The position numbers and the translations under genes were made by a program. This document shows positions 1 through 12,093 of a stretch of DNA of 64,000 bases, one piece after another. A model generated the notes under the pieces. That model was not told the origin of the DNA and did no database searches. It saw only the letters and a list, made by a program, of their open reading frames with translations. The stretch lies in the NCBI GenBank assembly GCA_965113315.1, contig OZ220372.1, one strand, 5' to 3'. This DNA comes from Podarcis vaucheri. Lineage: Eukaryota. Position 1 is the first letter of the stretch; every line of letters starts with the position of its first letter.

Positions 1-3000
1 GGCAGAACACCTGTTTTGCATGCATTCAATCCCTGGCATCTCCAGTTTAAAGGGATCAAATAGCAGGTGATGGGAATAAATCTGCCTTACACTGGAGAGC
101 TGCTGCCAGACGCTGTCATGACATTTCACAACACTATTTGGGCTGGAATATTTCCCACGTTGCTTTGAAGACCCTGACTGTGCTTTACTATTTGCACACT
201 TTCCCCCTTAAGAAGTGAACAAATGTAATGTCAAAAAGCTCACCTGCATGTCAGACTGCTTCCAAAGAAGACATGCGAGGCGTAAAACATGTAAAACTCC
301 TCCTGTCTTTCAGAATTCACATTATGATACACAATGAGCTTTGCTCCAAGTTTCATAGCCACTACAGGCAGGAAATAGACATATCCTGCTTTGGATCACA
401 GTGTTTTCCCTTTACTTCCCAGTGGGTTGGGCAACATCCTTCATGCACAGCTGTTAGGGACAAGAAGGCCCTCCAGATGGTGGCAGGGCAACACCACCCT
501 GCCTAATCAAGTGATAACAGCTAGGCCAGGCCACTGGTCCATCTAGCAAGTCCAGTATTGTATTTCTCACGGTGGGCAGCCAGATGCTTCCAGGGAGCCC
601 AAAGGAATGTCATGAAGGCAACAAGCCCTCCTCAACAACTAGTATCCAGTGGCATCTTATCTCTGGATGTATTTAGCTCTTGCGTCTAACAGCCACTGAC
701 AGACCTATCTTCCAGCAATGGGTCAAACTTCTTTTAAAAGCCATCTCATCAGCCAGGGGACATCACCGCATCCTTGGTAGAGAATTCAGTACATAAGCTA
801 TCCATTTAGTGAAGATGACCCAGGGGTGTTGAAAAAGAACAAAAGGTGGTGGCACAACTGCTTAAGCGCAGAAGGGAGAGCACCCCAGGCCCAGCCATGG
901 CACAGAGGGCGGCCTACCCTCCTGTACCTCTCTCCCATTTTGTACTGAACTCTGGTAGTACAATTCTTAGCAGGTGTGCTATCCCTTTAGAGCTTGTGCA
1001 TGCTACAAGTCCATGCTTCTCTCTGTGCATGTGTGTGTGTGTATGCACATGAGAAGAACTGAGTGTTCTGCTCCTAGGAACAGTTGGCATGGATCCATGC
1101 TGGCATCCCTGGGCCTGTAAGGCACAAGTCACTTGAGGCTCACTGTAACATTATCATGCTGGTATGAAGAAACTGCAACCCTTTGTGCTTCAGTCCCAGT
1201 GAGCTGCGGCTATGCACTACTACATAAGCTCTTTGATCTCAAAGGACACCAAAGAAATAAAATGCATACAGTTGAGGCTGGATGTGTGGACACCAGTACA
1301 CTTTGGACTCTGGTATACACACCACTGCAAACCCCCTAGGGCTGGGGTCTGCTCTCATCAGGGCTCCAGAAGCGAACTTTCCCTGGAATGGAGAGCTGTG
1401 GTCTTTAGTCCTCACAGCATACAGAAAACTAAGCCCAACACTGCAATAGTTTGCATGTTTACTCTGTGTCCAATAGGACTTACTCCTAATAAGTTTGTTT
1501 TGCATCGCAGCCTTAACCTAAACACATTTACTATACAGTAAGCCCTGTTAAGCACAATGGAACCTGTTTCTGAATAAGCATGCACAGGACTGCATTGCCC
1601 CATAACCACATTTGTGTATACGTAATATTTCCCCTGTTATAGCTGCCTTTGTCTCCCTCTGTCCCCTGTTTACTTGAAATTTAGATTGCCAAGTTCTTGG
1701 GGGCAGGGACCTGTCTCAGTTTAAATTAGTATTTAAGGCACCATGCGTGTGTGTGTGTGTGTGTGTGTGTGTACACATACATAATACTAGTGAATGTCCC
1801 TGCAAGACCTCTTCCCTTTTTAATGTTTTCTCATCCACTACTGAAATGTGGATTGTACGCAAGCTCCAAAAAACATACATTTACTTATGAAACTCTACAA
1901 ACCACAATGCACATGTAAGTGTCAATTATCATTATCAATTCCAGCGTAGACCTCTAGCTTCCGTTTACAACACTGACTGTATGCCCTGACCCACCCCTTA
2001 CAGTGTATTCACAGAATCCCTCCAACAAAAGGCATTATGCCCAATTATTTCCCCCCTAAAGTCATCAACACATGGAACAAGACAATTAAACATTTTCAGC
2101 TTCAAAATACATGTGATATGGTCAATACTCACAGAACAGTGATGAAATCTATTTCTTTTTCTCAGAGGTTAAAATCCTTGTCAGTAAGCAGAGCACTCAC
2201 AATTGTTAACAACCTCTGACTTGGTGAATCTCCAGAACTATAAATTCCCCTGTTGCCTGCTTTTGTTCTCAGGATCCAGCACTGCAAAGGTTCCTTTTGT
2301 GAAAACCTACAGGTACCATTTCCTTCCTTCACTTCTATTTGTGGGTGTGAAGCATGCTGAAAATCGAGGTGAAAGGGAAACAGTATTTTTGATGTGCATC
2401 TCCTTTCGTAAGCTTCTCCCAGAGCATCTCACCAGAGCATCTTGTGGAGATGGTGTGATGATGCAGCAGGCTGCCATTCCGTCACTGTTGTCATGACAAC
2501 CAAGATGTGGTCCCCTGTGGTAGAACAATGCAGATGCAAAGGTAGGACAGAAATTATGTGCTGAGCATCCTTTTGGAAGGCACTAGAGACCTTTCCATTG
2601 ACATACATCCTTTTTTTTTTAATGAATCCCTAGAAATGACTTTTCCCCTCTCATACCAGGTGTCCTATTTTCGAGGCTCTGGAGCACCCACTATCATTTG
2701 ATACGCAGAAAACCAGGCTGAACCCTGAATGTGAATTCTCCATTTTCTTTGTGAGAATATTGCAGGCATCTGAGAACATAAATCTAAATATTTCTAAATA
2801 TTTCTGGGCGAGAGCAGAGGAACTACTGTATTATTAACACATTAATAATATAAGGCAGCAATCCTATGCACAGTTACTTGGCTATTAGCCACAGAAATAA
2901 GTGAGGCTTACTTCTCTGTGCTGTTCTGAGTACAGGAAATGGCCAACTGATGCATGTCCGAAAGACATGTGATTGCGCATGGATGCACGGGGCCAGACTC

Positions 3001-3262
3001 CAAAATGACTCCAAAATGTCACTCAGTGTGTCACAGAAAGGGAAGATTGGGGGCATCTCTCGTTGATCCCCCTTCATGTTCCCAGCACACCTTGTTAAGG
3101 CCGCTCTTTTCCTGTCACCTCACACCATCACCTTGGCAACCTCTGTCTGCCCAGGCCCAAGGATTCCTCTTAGATGGGCCATCAACACCTTTTGTCTCAT
3201 TAAGGGCTTGGGCTTATCCCCAGTTTAGCTATGTGAAGCTGCCTGAGATTGTGATCCTAAAC

Positions 3263-3598
3263 CAGGGGTAGGCAACCTAAGGCCCATGGGCCACAAGCAG
3301 CCCATGGGGGTCATTTAACCGGCCCATGAGCCGCCCCTGAACTGAGCTGCCCACTCAGTGAGTCCCTGTGCACTGTGCTAAACCGGCGCATCGCAGCGAC
3401 TCACTTCTGTGGTGTTGAAAATCGCGTCTGCGCACGCTCAGACGCTGGAAATTGTGTCTGCACAGACACCAGAAATTGTGTCGACGCAGACGCCGGAAAT
3501 CGCAGCCGCGCATGCTCATGCGCCTGTGCGATCCAGCCCACGGAAGGATCTCCACTGAAGTGAACCAGCCCAGGCAAGGTAAACCTTGCCGACCCCTG
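3263..3598. mobile_element. hAT-type MITE (336 bp)
   Basis: Imperfect TIRs CAGGGGTAGGCAA...TTGCCGACCCCTG and a perfect 8-bp TSD TCCTAAAC (3255-3262 / 3599-3606). Confidence 0.85.
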
Positions 3599-3849
3599 TC
3601 CTAAACTGAAAGCAACACCACTTGGCTTAGTTTTAATTAACCAAACTTTCATAAATGTATGAGTTCGCTCAGATTCTGAATGTAGAGATTATGGCGTGCC
3701 TGCCCCTCCGCCAAACTCATATCATTAAAAAAACCACAGGTGTTTGGAAGTACACATGATCACATACATGTACACTAATTGGAGAGACAAGGTTGCTTGT
3801 GGCTCTGTTTGTGGTACATGCAGTGGCAAGCATGGAGTTTGTTGCTCTG

Positions 3850-4395
3850 CAATGGTCCCTAGAATCGCTTTGGGCCTCCAGAAATGCTGAGGGTTCTCCA
3901 GCAGGTGGCTGGTGCCTGTGGCTCCCTCCCACATGCACCACCACTCTGTGGATGTTTTCTTGGCAGCAACAGCTCCTTAGCAGGCCCAAGGACCTTGCGG
4001 AGGAAGCTAATGGGATCAAGAGGCCTCATCTGCCCCGTCACTTACAAAGGAGGACATAAAAGTGACAGCCGCTAATGGCCGGCAACATTCTCATCAACTG
4101 CCTCATCAGCACGATTTCCCAAGCAAAAGGTTGTGGCGGCTGAAGGAGCACAAGCATCACTGAAGGGGCTGGCTCTTTGCCAGCAGCAGAGAGAAAATGT
4201 GTGCGCATATATAGATGTGTTTGCAGCCACAGAGCAGAAAAGCAGGGGTGCTTCCATATATATATATATATATATATATATGAAGATGACGAGTGAGACC
4301 TCGTCGAAACGTCGCACAGACACCCCGACTCTTACACGGGAAGACACCCGAAGACACCAAAACCTGCATTCCTGTACCCGTGAAAATCTACGAAA

Positions 4396-4449
<54 letters not shown>

Positions 4450-6390
4450 CTTGCTTCATCAAGTCCTCTGCTGCTTCCTCAGCTTCTGCCCACATGGAGA
4501 AAAGGAAATGCTGGGGTTTTAATCTGAATCAGGGTAAAGTCTCAGCACAGCTCATAGCTCAGTGGAAGAGAGAGCCAGAGGTATAGTGGCCCATTACTAT
4601 TTCTGCAGCAAGGACCCTGTCTTCAGTGTCCTAGAGTTGCCCAATCAGCAGGAAAGGGGAGCTTTTTAGCCACTGAGAAGTCTTCTCACCCTTTGTGCTG
4701 ATTGGAGCTAATCAGAGTCAACGGTGGTGAGGATTGGCTCCTAGGGTCACTCTGAAGAAGGTGCGTGGTAAGATCACCGAGTGGGTTTTCCCCCTGTATG
4801 CTCCGAAGCTACACATTTAGGAACACATAAAATACAAGGTGCTTCAGTTTCAAGCACTCCCATTGTTCTAGGCACATTTTGCAGCAGGGAATTTCATTAG
4901 CATGAGCAGTTTCTGAACTCCTGGCACGGTACTGCGCCTAATATTTCAGATTAAAACTGCAAAGTGGAAGGAAAGGCGGACCTTTTTCTGCCCCCCCCCT
5001 CCTTCCAGCTACTCTCTGAAGACTGTACAGTAGTGATTTGGCTGGGTGGGTGACTGCCAATCCTCATGCAGCCAAAACTGTACCACCCATACAAAAGAGA
5101 GAAGTATCAGCAAACTCAGAGAATCCCATGCTTTGTAGAAGTTGTTCAGGTTGGGAAAGGGAAGGCTGCCAGGGAAGGCTGCAGGCATCTCAAGTATGTC
5201 TTTCTTAAGCCCTTGCAAATGCTCACAAAAGTTTGACCCTTTTGAGGGGTTGAGCATCAGGGTGCTTGCAAATCCCTACTTTCACAGTAGCTTCCCCTCC
5301 TGAGCCAGTCTGCATAATTTCTCAGGCTGCCCTTGCTTGGGGCCCACCTTGAATGAGTCAGTAAGCCTGGAAAGGCAAGATGATGCTCCCGAACTATTAA
5401 TGTTGGAACTAGCCTGGCCATAACAACATCAAGATGTGTGACCGTTTGCTCTGCTGGGAGGATGGGTGAGTGCAGTAAACAGTTGGGCCAGAGATGCTTT
5501 GGATTTGTACAGAGAGACTGCACAGGCAAGCTCTGCTTTGGGTTAACACTGATTTGTACTGCTAAATAATAGGAGACAATCTCTTCTCTCCGATGTGTCT
5601 CTCTAGCGTCATACAGCTGTACAAATATTTCACCATGTGACTCTTGAAGCACAACATTGAGAGCCTCTGAGCTGTGCCAAGAGAGAAAATGCCCTGAAAC
5701 AAAAGGCAGAAGCCTGGATCAGACCCAGCTGCCAAGAGCCTCCATCCCCAACCGAGTTTGGCCAGGGCTGAGTGCTCTGAGTAAGTTTTCCTTGCTCTTG
5801 CTGCAAGAACTGTCTGCAGGGAGGGAGGGAATGAGTTCTCACCCTCTCTAGCAAGGAGAGATGTGGCAGGCAAGGCAATAGGCTGGACAACCAGCTCTTT
5901 GTTATGCTGCTGTGTTATCCAGGAAAGTTGGCACTATCTGTACCGCCATCTGCATGTATTGGTACTGCTTAAAAGGTCTTTTTTTCCTGGAAGGCTATTT
6001 GAAGGGCCAGTTCTAAAGGGATGCTGAATCAGCACCAAGCTCAGGAGCCTCAAATTTCCCCGAAATATGGAAAAAGCACTGCTGCCAAGTTCATCTGGTT
6101 TGGCTAATTAGAATGATAAATGTAGTATCATCCAAGCTATCACACATGAAAATAGGCACTCTTTGGAACACTTTGAACATTTCTGTTATCACATCAGAAA
6201 CACTCAGGGATAAAGTAAAGATTGCAAGTTTTTCTCCAGTGTAACATTCTCCTGGTGCATTGTGAAAGCTGCAAAAGGCAACTTCTGGAAACTTCAGTTG
6301 TGGAATATCTGTTGGTGCTTGCTTATTAAACTCTTTCCCGGTTAGCAGTTGTTCTGCTAAAAAAGACGGCTTTACTATCTTCTCTGTCAT
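3850..6390 (-). pseudogene. Decayed Toll-like receptor gene (TLR11/12-family-like), with many frameshifts and stops, interrupted by repeats
   Basis: Collinear minus-strand fragments across frames. N-cap: KLAIFTLSLSVSDVITEMFKVFQRVPIFMC. LRR-like pieces: GSSAFSIFRGNLRLLSL, LPCLPHLSL, LGLIQASAF..FSLLAQL/EALNV, VTHLDVVMARL. LRRCT-like: CKHPDAQPLKRVKLL. Hydrophobic segment: LSLLILLSFVWVV. TIR-like pieces: YAHTFSLCCWQ, LCSFSRHNLLLGK, AVDENVA/AISG, LDPIS, QHFWRPKAILG. Family assignment rests on recalled mouse TLR12 sequence, not on a search. Confidence 0.6.
4281..4397 (+). mobile_element. Short Penelope-like element terminal fragment inserted in a (TA)n microsatellite
   Basis: TGAAGA-T-GACGAG/TGAGAC/CTCGTC-GAAAC-GTC is the hammerhead-like motif typical of PLE termini. 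It is flanked on both sides by (TA)n tracts (about 4256-4280 and 4398-4447). Confidence 0.55.
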
Positions 6391-7689
6391 AGTGACCCAT
6401 CAGATACCTGTGGGAAACCTATAAGCAGGGCATGGGTGCAATGAACCTCTCTAACTTGTGAGAGTTTAATTAAAACATAAATAAAAACCAGGAGAATGTC
6501 ACACGTATGCATGACATACATACATAGTTTGGCTGTCTGCCTGGAGATGCTTCTCTGCCTGCTCATATATACTGTATTGGGCTTTGCAATAGCCCAATCT
6601 ACACTGATTTAAGAGCAAACAAGACAGTTGTCTTTTTGGGTAAAGATTCACTAGAAAATTATAATGGCCTTATAATAAATGCTGTGAGTAGTTCGTGGTG
6701 AATCTCACCAGCTGCAGTGTCTGAAATGACAAGCTGTGTACTGACACAATATGGTAAGATGCATTCCTGCGCACATTTACCTGTGCAAATAGGGCTTGGT
6801 GGACACAGTGGGGCTTCTCAATGGTTTGCATGGTTAGCGCTCATGTGTGCATCATATTTACATATGCTGTAAACAAGAATAGTAATCCATGCCCTTGTCT
6901 AATATTTTACTTCCAGAGATTTGATTGCTGGGGATGGAGCCTGCAGACAGACAACCTTAGCAATTCACCCTGAATTGAAACAAAAAGCTTCCCAACTGGC
7001 AAAATAAGGGCTGTAATTTATCAGGGGTTTGTACCAGAAAATCGGGTCAGAGTACATTTAATACTACTCAAAAGTTTGCCAAGTGTCCTGCAAGTCTCAA
7101 TATTATTTACCAAGCACCAAAACTAGTTGATGTGCAAACGATAAATAAATAGGATGGGCTAAATTGACCTGCTCCATAAAGACTCAGAGAAAGAAATGGA
7201 ATTTAACAGGGCAATCATATACATTTGTACTCAGAAGTAAGCCCCATTTAGTTACCTGGGAGTTACTCCCAGGTAAATGTGTATAGGATCGCAGCCTCAG
7301 ATATTAATGCCCAGAATTTTATTTTTACTAAACAACTGGACGGGATCTTACCTAGAAATACCTCAATGGGTGAAGTTTTCAAGGCCTGCTCTTCCATTGG
7401 CATTGCAAAGTATCTTTTAAAACTGCTTGAAAGTTGCAAAATGAAAAGGTCTCTTGCCCAATACTAATTAAGAGTATTTCCCTCCTGCTGCCAGGCTCAG
7501 GTTCCAGTTTTACTGCAGGTATCTGTTTTCAGAATCTGCACTTTGGTGACCAACAACAGGTGGAGACCGTCTGTGCCTCAGCATAATGACAAAAAACAGG
7601 GGGAGCTGAACTCTCTCAGCACCAAGTAATCCTGACAGCTATTCTGGTTGCAAAATAAAGCCTAAGCAGGGCATTTATTACCAATATTG

Positions 7690-8970
7690 GGTATCTTTCA
7701 GGGCCTGTAGAAACCAGTTTTATTTTTTGCCCTTTTCACATACTATAGGATCTTTTTTCCTTTGCACTTCAGCTTTAGCGTTTGCATAGGTTTTTTCCCT
7801 TATTGGCGTAGTTTCTATCTCTTTGCCAGATCTGAAAGGTCTTCCTTTTCTTGTTGATCATGAGTTGACTCTCACTGTCATTCTCATCAAATCAGTCCTG
7901 GTGTTTCTTGGTTTGGTATCCAATAGTTTGTTCACAGGCTGCAATAATGGTTGTTTTTAGCTTTGTCCAGTGTTCCTCGATGTTATCAGGGAACTCTGAA
8001 AGCAGATGGTCCTTAGGAGTTGTTTGGAAGCAATCCCGCTTAATAGGATCTCCAGCACTGCTTGAGCTGAGCTCTGCGAGCGCAGCTTTCTCCTGATTGA
8101 AGCACAGAGTATTTGAGGACCAGGACATTCTCAGGGAAACCAAAATGTTTCTATTTCCAACTTTACTGTACACTTGTGAAACATGGACCACTTATTAAAA
8201 CCATCTCCAACTCCTTGAAAGATTCCCTCAAAGATGTCTCCAAAAAATTTTACACATCACTTGGGAAGACAGACAAACAAATGTCAGTGTACTGGAAGAA
8301 GCAAAGATCACCAGTGTCTAAGCAATGATTCTTCAACATCAACTTCGTTGGACTGGTCATGTTCAGATGCCTGATGTGATGGGATGATGAGCTGCTTGTG
8401 CGTAACACCTGATTATCGTCTTTCAAAGCAACTACTCTATTCCCAACTTAAGAATGGAAAGCGAAAATACCAGTGGATAAACAAAAGCAGTTTAAAGATG
8501 CTCTCAATGCAAATAATGAAAAGTGGTATAAACAGGCATCCCAACCTGCAGCCCTCCAGATGTTTTGGCCTACAACTCCCATGATCCCTAGCTAACAGGA
8601 CCAGTGGTCAGGGATGATGGGAATTGTAGTCCAAAACATCTGGAGGGCTGAAGGTTGGGGATGCCTGGGTATAAAGCACTGACAACTGGGAAACACTGGC
8701 CTTGGAGCGCTCCAATTGGAGAACAGCCTTTACCAAAGGTGTCATGGGCTTTGAAGAAGCACAAACACAGGGCAAAAAGGAGAAATGAGCTAAGAGGAAG
8801 GCACGTTTGGAAAACCCTCACCGTGATCAACTCCCACCCGGAAACCTATGTCCCCACTGTGGAAGGACGTGTGGATCCAGAATTGGCCTCCACAGTCACT
8901 TACAGACTCACCGTTAAGACTGTGTTCATGGAAGACAATCTTACTTGGTTACAAGTGATCGCCAAAGAAG
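7690..8970. mobile_element. Degenerate RTE-clade LINE fragment with an internal inversion (about 7690-8050 minus; about 8055-8970 plus)
   Basis: The minus part translates as EEHWTKLKTTIIAACEQTIGYQTKKHQD*FDEND. The plus part gives SSASAAFS*LKHRVFEDQDI..PTLLYTCETWTTY, QLLYSQLKNGKR and a C-terminal CPHCGRTCGSRIGLHSHLQTH zinc finger. Confidence 0.75.
8533..8667. mobile_element. hAT-type MITE (135 bp) nested in the RTE fragment
   Basis: Long TIRs CAGGCATCCC(C)AACCT...AGGTTGGGGATGCCTG and a perfect 8-bp TSD GGTATAAA (8525-8532 / 8668-8675). Confidence 0.9.
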
Positions 8971-9654
8971 AATGCTCACACACATTCTCTGGGAGATGTG
9001 TAGGGAGTGGAAGTCCTTTTTCCTGAGAGGAAATCCTCAGGAACAGCTAGCAACAGAAAGAGCTATCTGTAGGGTTGGTGGGAAGGGGTACAGGTAAGTG
9101 TGTAAGTTCACATTTGTTACACAGATTCAAATCTGGCAAGCAAATGCTTCATTGCAGTTTCCTGAAGCCATTTAAATAAGATTACTTACAACTTTTGCTC
9201 CAGCCATGAAGCTCATGGGGTGACCTTGGGCCAGTCACTGCCTCTCAGCCTAACCTACCTCATAGGGTGTTGTGAGGAAGAAATAGAGAGGAGAACCATT
9301 GTACACCACCTTGAGATCTTTGGAAGATAAAAGTGGTATATAGATGCCATAAATAAAATAAAATAATCTCTAAAAAGTTGAACAAAGAGCAAAGGAGACA
9401 GTATCTTCCTTGCTGAGCTCAGGTATTATACATACGGCACACTAAGGTTGCAATCCTAACCCCTAACTTACCTGGGAATAAGCCCCGTTGAATTCAGTAC
9501 TACTGAATAAACATGGTTAGAATTTCACTAAGTCTTAATATGGATTTGATGCCTGGGGCCAGAGAAAAGAAAGTTATTGTTAAGTATGTAAATACACCTT
9601 CTGGACCAGGAGATGGAAGCTTGTATCTCATTAATAGCTTTCACGGGGGCCGTA

Positions 9655-9862
9655 CAGATATACCTTGGGTTGCGAATGCTGCGGGTTGCGCGTTTTCGGG
9701 TTGCGGACCGCGCCGAACCCAGAAGTACCGGAACAGGTTACTTCCGGATTTTGGCACTTGTGCACGTGCAGAAACACCGAATCGCGTCGTGTGGGTTGTG
9801 AACACTGCGGGTTGCGAACGTGCCTCCCACACGGATCATGTTCGCAACCCGAGGTACGACTG
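9655..9862. mobile_element. Tc1/mariner-type MITE
   Basis: TA|CAG...ACCTTGGGTTGCGAA and TTCGCAACCCGAGGTACGACTG|TA termini. A related copy lies at about 47850-48111. Confidence 0.7.
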
Positions 9863-11664
9863 TACTAAGGATGAAAAAAGAGACCAAGGGGTGACCAGAG
9901 AGCTGTGATCCCTTAATGGAATTTTGCCTTACAGAAGAAATTCCATAAGAATATGGTGCTGAAAACGATATTCCTCTTGCCCCTTCTAGCCCTGTCAGAA
10001 CATCCTTTAAGGGTTAAATATGCAAAAACGAGAGGTGCGATCCAAGTTGTAGTAATCCTTTCTGGGAGAGTCTGAAAGGGCCCTGGCCTGAGCTTCTCTG
10101 GAGGCACAGAAGCAGTGAATGGCAGTTCCAGACAGGATAAAACCTCTTAAAGCTGCTTTCCTCCTTGTCTGGCCCACTGCCGCTAACCCAAGATTAGTTC
10201 TGAGTTGACGAGTCAAATGGAAAAGAAATGAGCCAGAGCTGTCATTTCTTCACTCTCCCAGAGGGGGGAGTTACCACGACACGTGGGACACGATTCCTAA
10301 TATCGTTATACTGTACCATACAGAAAAGTGTCAATAGTCTAAAAGGTCACAAGAGAAGGTTTGTTCTAATTAGCCCTGCCCCCAAGTTCCCCAGTAATGC
10401 TATAGGCTTGTTTACACACGCACACACCCACACCCCACACATAGAGAGCAGGGTTTGAATCCTCACTCAGCCAAGAAGCTCAGTGGGTGACCTTGGGCTA
10501 GTCACCATCTCTTAGCCTACCTTCCTTGGAAGATAAAGGCGGTATAAGAATAAATGTAATAAATAAGAATAATGAAATGTACAAGTGTTTGCGTGAAAGA
10601 GTGTACATTTATTGACTTGTGGTGTGCACAGGTACATAGACTGTACACTCGTTGAATATAACATGTGAAAAACTATGAGTGTTTATCTCAGTTATTTGTG
10701 TACACAAGTACACTGTACACTCATGGGCTGTCATGTGTGAATGTCACCATCATCTCCCTTTTAAGGCTCAAATCCTGTAAGGCACAATTTAGTTAACTCT
10801 ATCATGGTGATGGACGCTGGCATTTAGCTCATTGGGCCACACAATACAAGCAGGCCTCATTTAAGGGTTGAACAATGATGGCTACAACAGTCTTCTCTCC
10901 TCATCCACTTAAAAGCACCATGTACAGTCCATGTTCACACAAACAGTATACTAGAACTGAAAAGGGGCTCCTTCCATGCCATGCAGCTTGGTCTGCTAGG
11001 GCAAATGGGGCACTGCCACACCACCTTTATTCTGCCCCCACCTGCCTCCTTAGTTACAACCACTTATTTACAACCACCAGCTGGAGGTACTGCCTGTTAG
11101 CTTCCTCCTCCTTCGTTTCAGCCTTGTCCTTGTGCAACTCAGCATGGAGAAGGAGGAGGACAAAGCCAGAATTAGTTCTCTCTGCCAGACGTTAGCTTAG
11201 GCTCCACCTAGTGTTGGTCTCCCTGACTTCCACTCCATCAGTCCAGACAGTACTGGGCCCAGGGCTAAGCATGAAATCCATACAGGGACCATCAAAGTCA
11301 TACAGACACAGAAGAATTCTGCTAGTGAATCCTTTCCTCCAACATGCCTCTGTGGCCTCCAAATCACATGGGTCTTTTCCCATGGCACCCACATTTCAAC
11401 AGCCTTTCAAGGATATGCCTTATGGGGTTTCCTGATAAAAGGAACTAGTGCGTGCAATGTTAAGTGTCACTTGACTGTCAAGAGTGAGGCAGACATTGAG
11501 CATGAGCCCCATACGGAAGCCAACACCTCCAGACTACTCAGAGTACTGTTTGAGAACTTCAGAACCATGGGCAACACTTCTCTGCCAAATGACCTGTTAA
11601 CCTTCCTCCCCAATTTCATTAAAGCTGCATTTGGAACACAGGAAGCTGCCTTGTAGGCGAATCA

Positions 11665-12093
11665 AGGGAAAAGTTGTATAATTCATGATAATTTAGAATT
11701 TAAATGTATTTTCATGTAATATTTGATACTTCCAGCTGATGAAGGTGAATACATCGAAACAGGGTCCTGACCTGGTTTCCAATCCATCCCTGACTTCTGC
11801 TCAATTATTGAAACTGAGTCTCCATCTGCAAGCTGATAAATCATAAGGATCTACATTATTGTTGAGTGAAAAGGAGAACATCTTTGTAACAAATTACAGT
11901 TTTATACATATCTCTTTGAGTTTGAGTTTATAATCTCTATTAGAGTTTGTAATCTCTGTTTGAGTTTGTAATCTTTATTATAATACATACTTTTGAATGG
12001 ATTAGTTTTTGTTTCTATTGATTATTGAGTTGTGAGTAGGGACCACTCCCACTATTGAAACTTACAATGGCCTGAGTTCTTGGTGTGCTTTTT
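11665..12093 (+). mobile_element. 429-bp retroposed insertion (Penelope-like/non-autonomous) carrying a hammerhead ribozyme motif
   Basis: Flanked by a perfect 16-bp direct repeat CCTTGTAGGCGAATCA (11649-11664 / 12094-12109) that splits an older repeat. Contains a CTGATGA...GAAAC...GTC core. Confidence 0.65.
11733..11769 (+). ncRNA. Candidate minimal type I hammerhead ribozyme
   Basis: CAG|CTGATGA (11736-11742)-A-GGTG/AATA/CATC (stem II)-GAAA-C/AGG/G-TC (GUC at 11764-11766)|CTG, where the final CTG can pair with the upstream CAG (stem I). Confidence 0.5.

Noticed and set aside
6091-6410. Stand-alone 99-aa gene with splice acceptor CCCACAG at about 6408, or an ENaC/ASIC-like LKFPEVAFC motif
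   Set aside because: The acceptor-like sequence lies in a common repeat remnant. The downstream fragments fit an LRR/TIR architecture rather than an ion channel, so the region is treated as part of the TLR-like relic.
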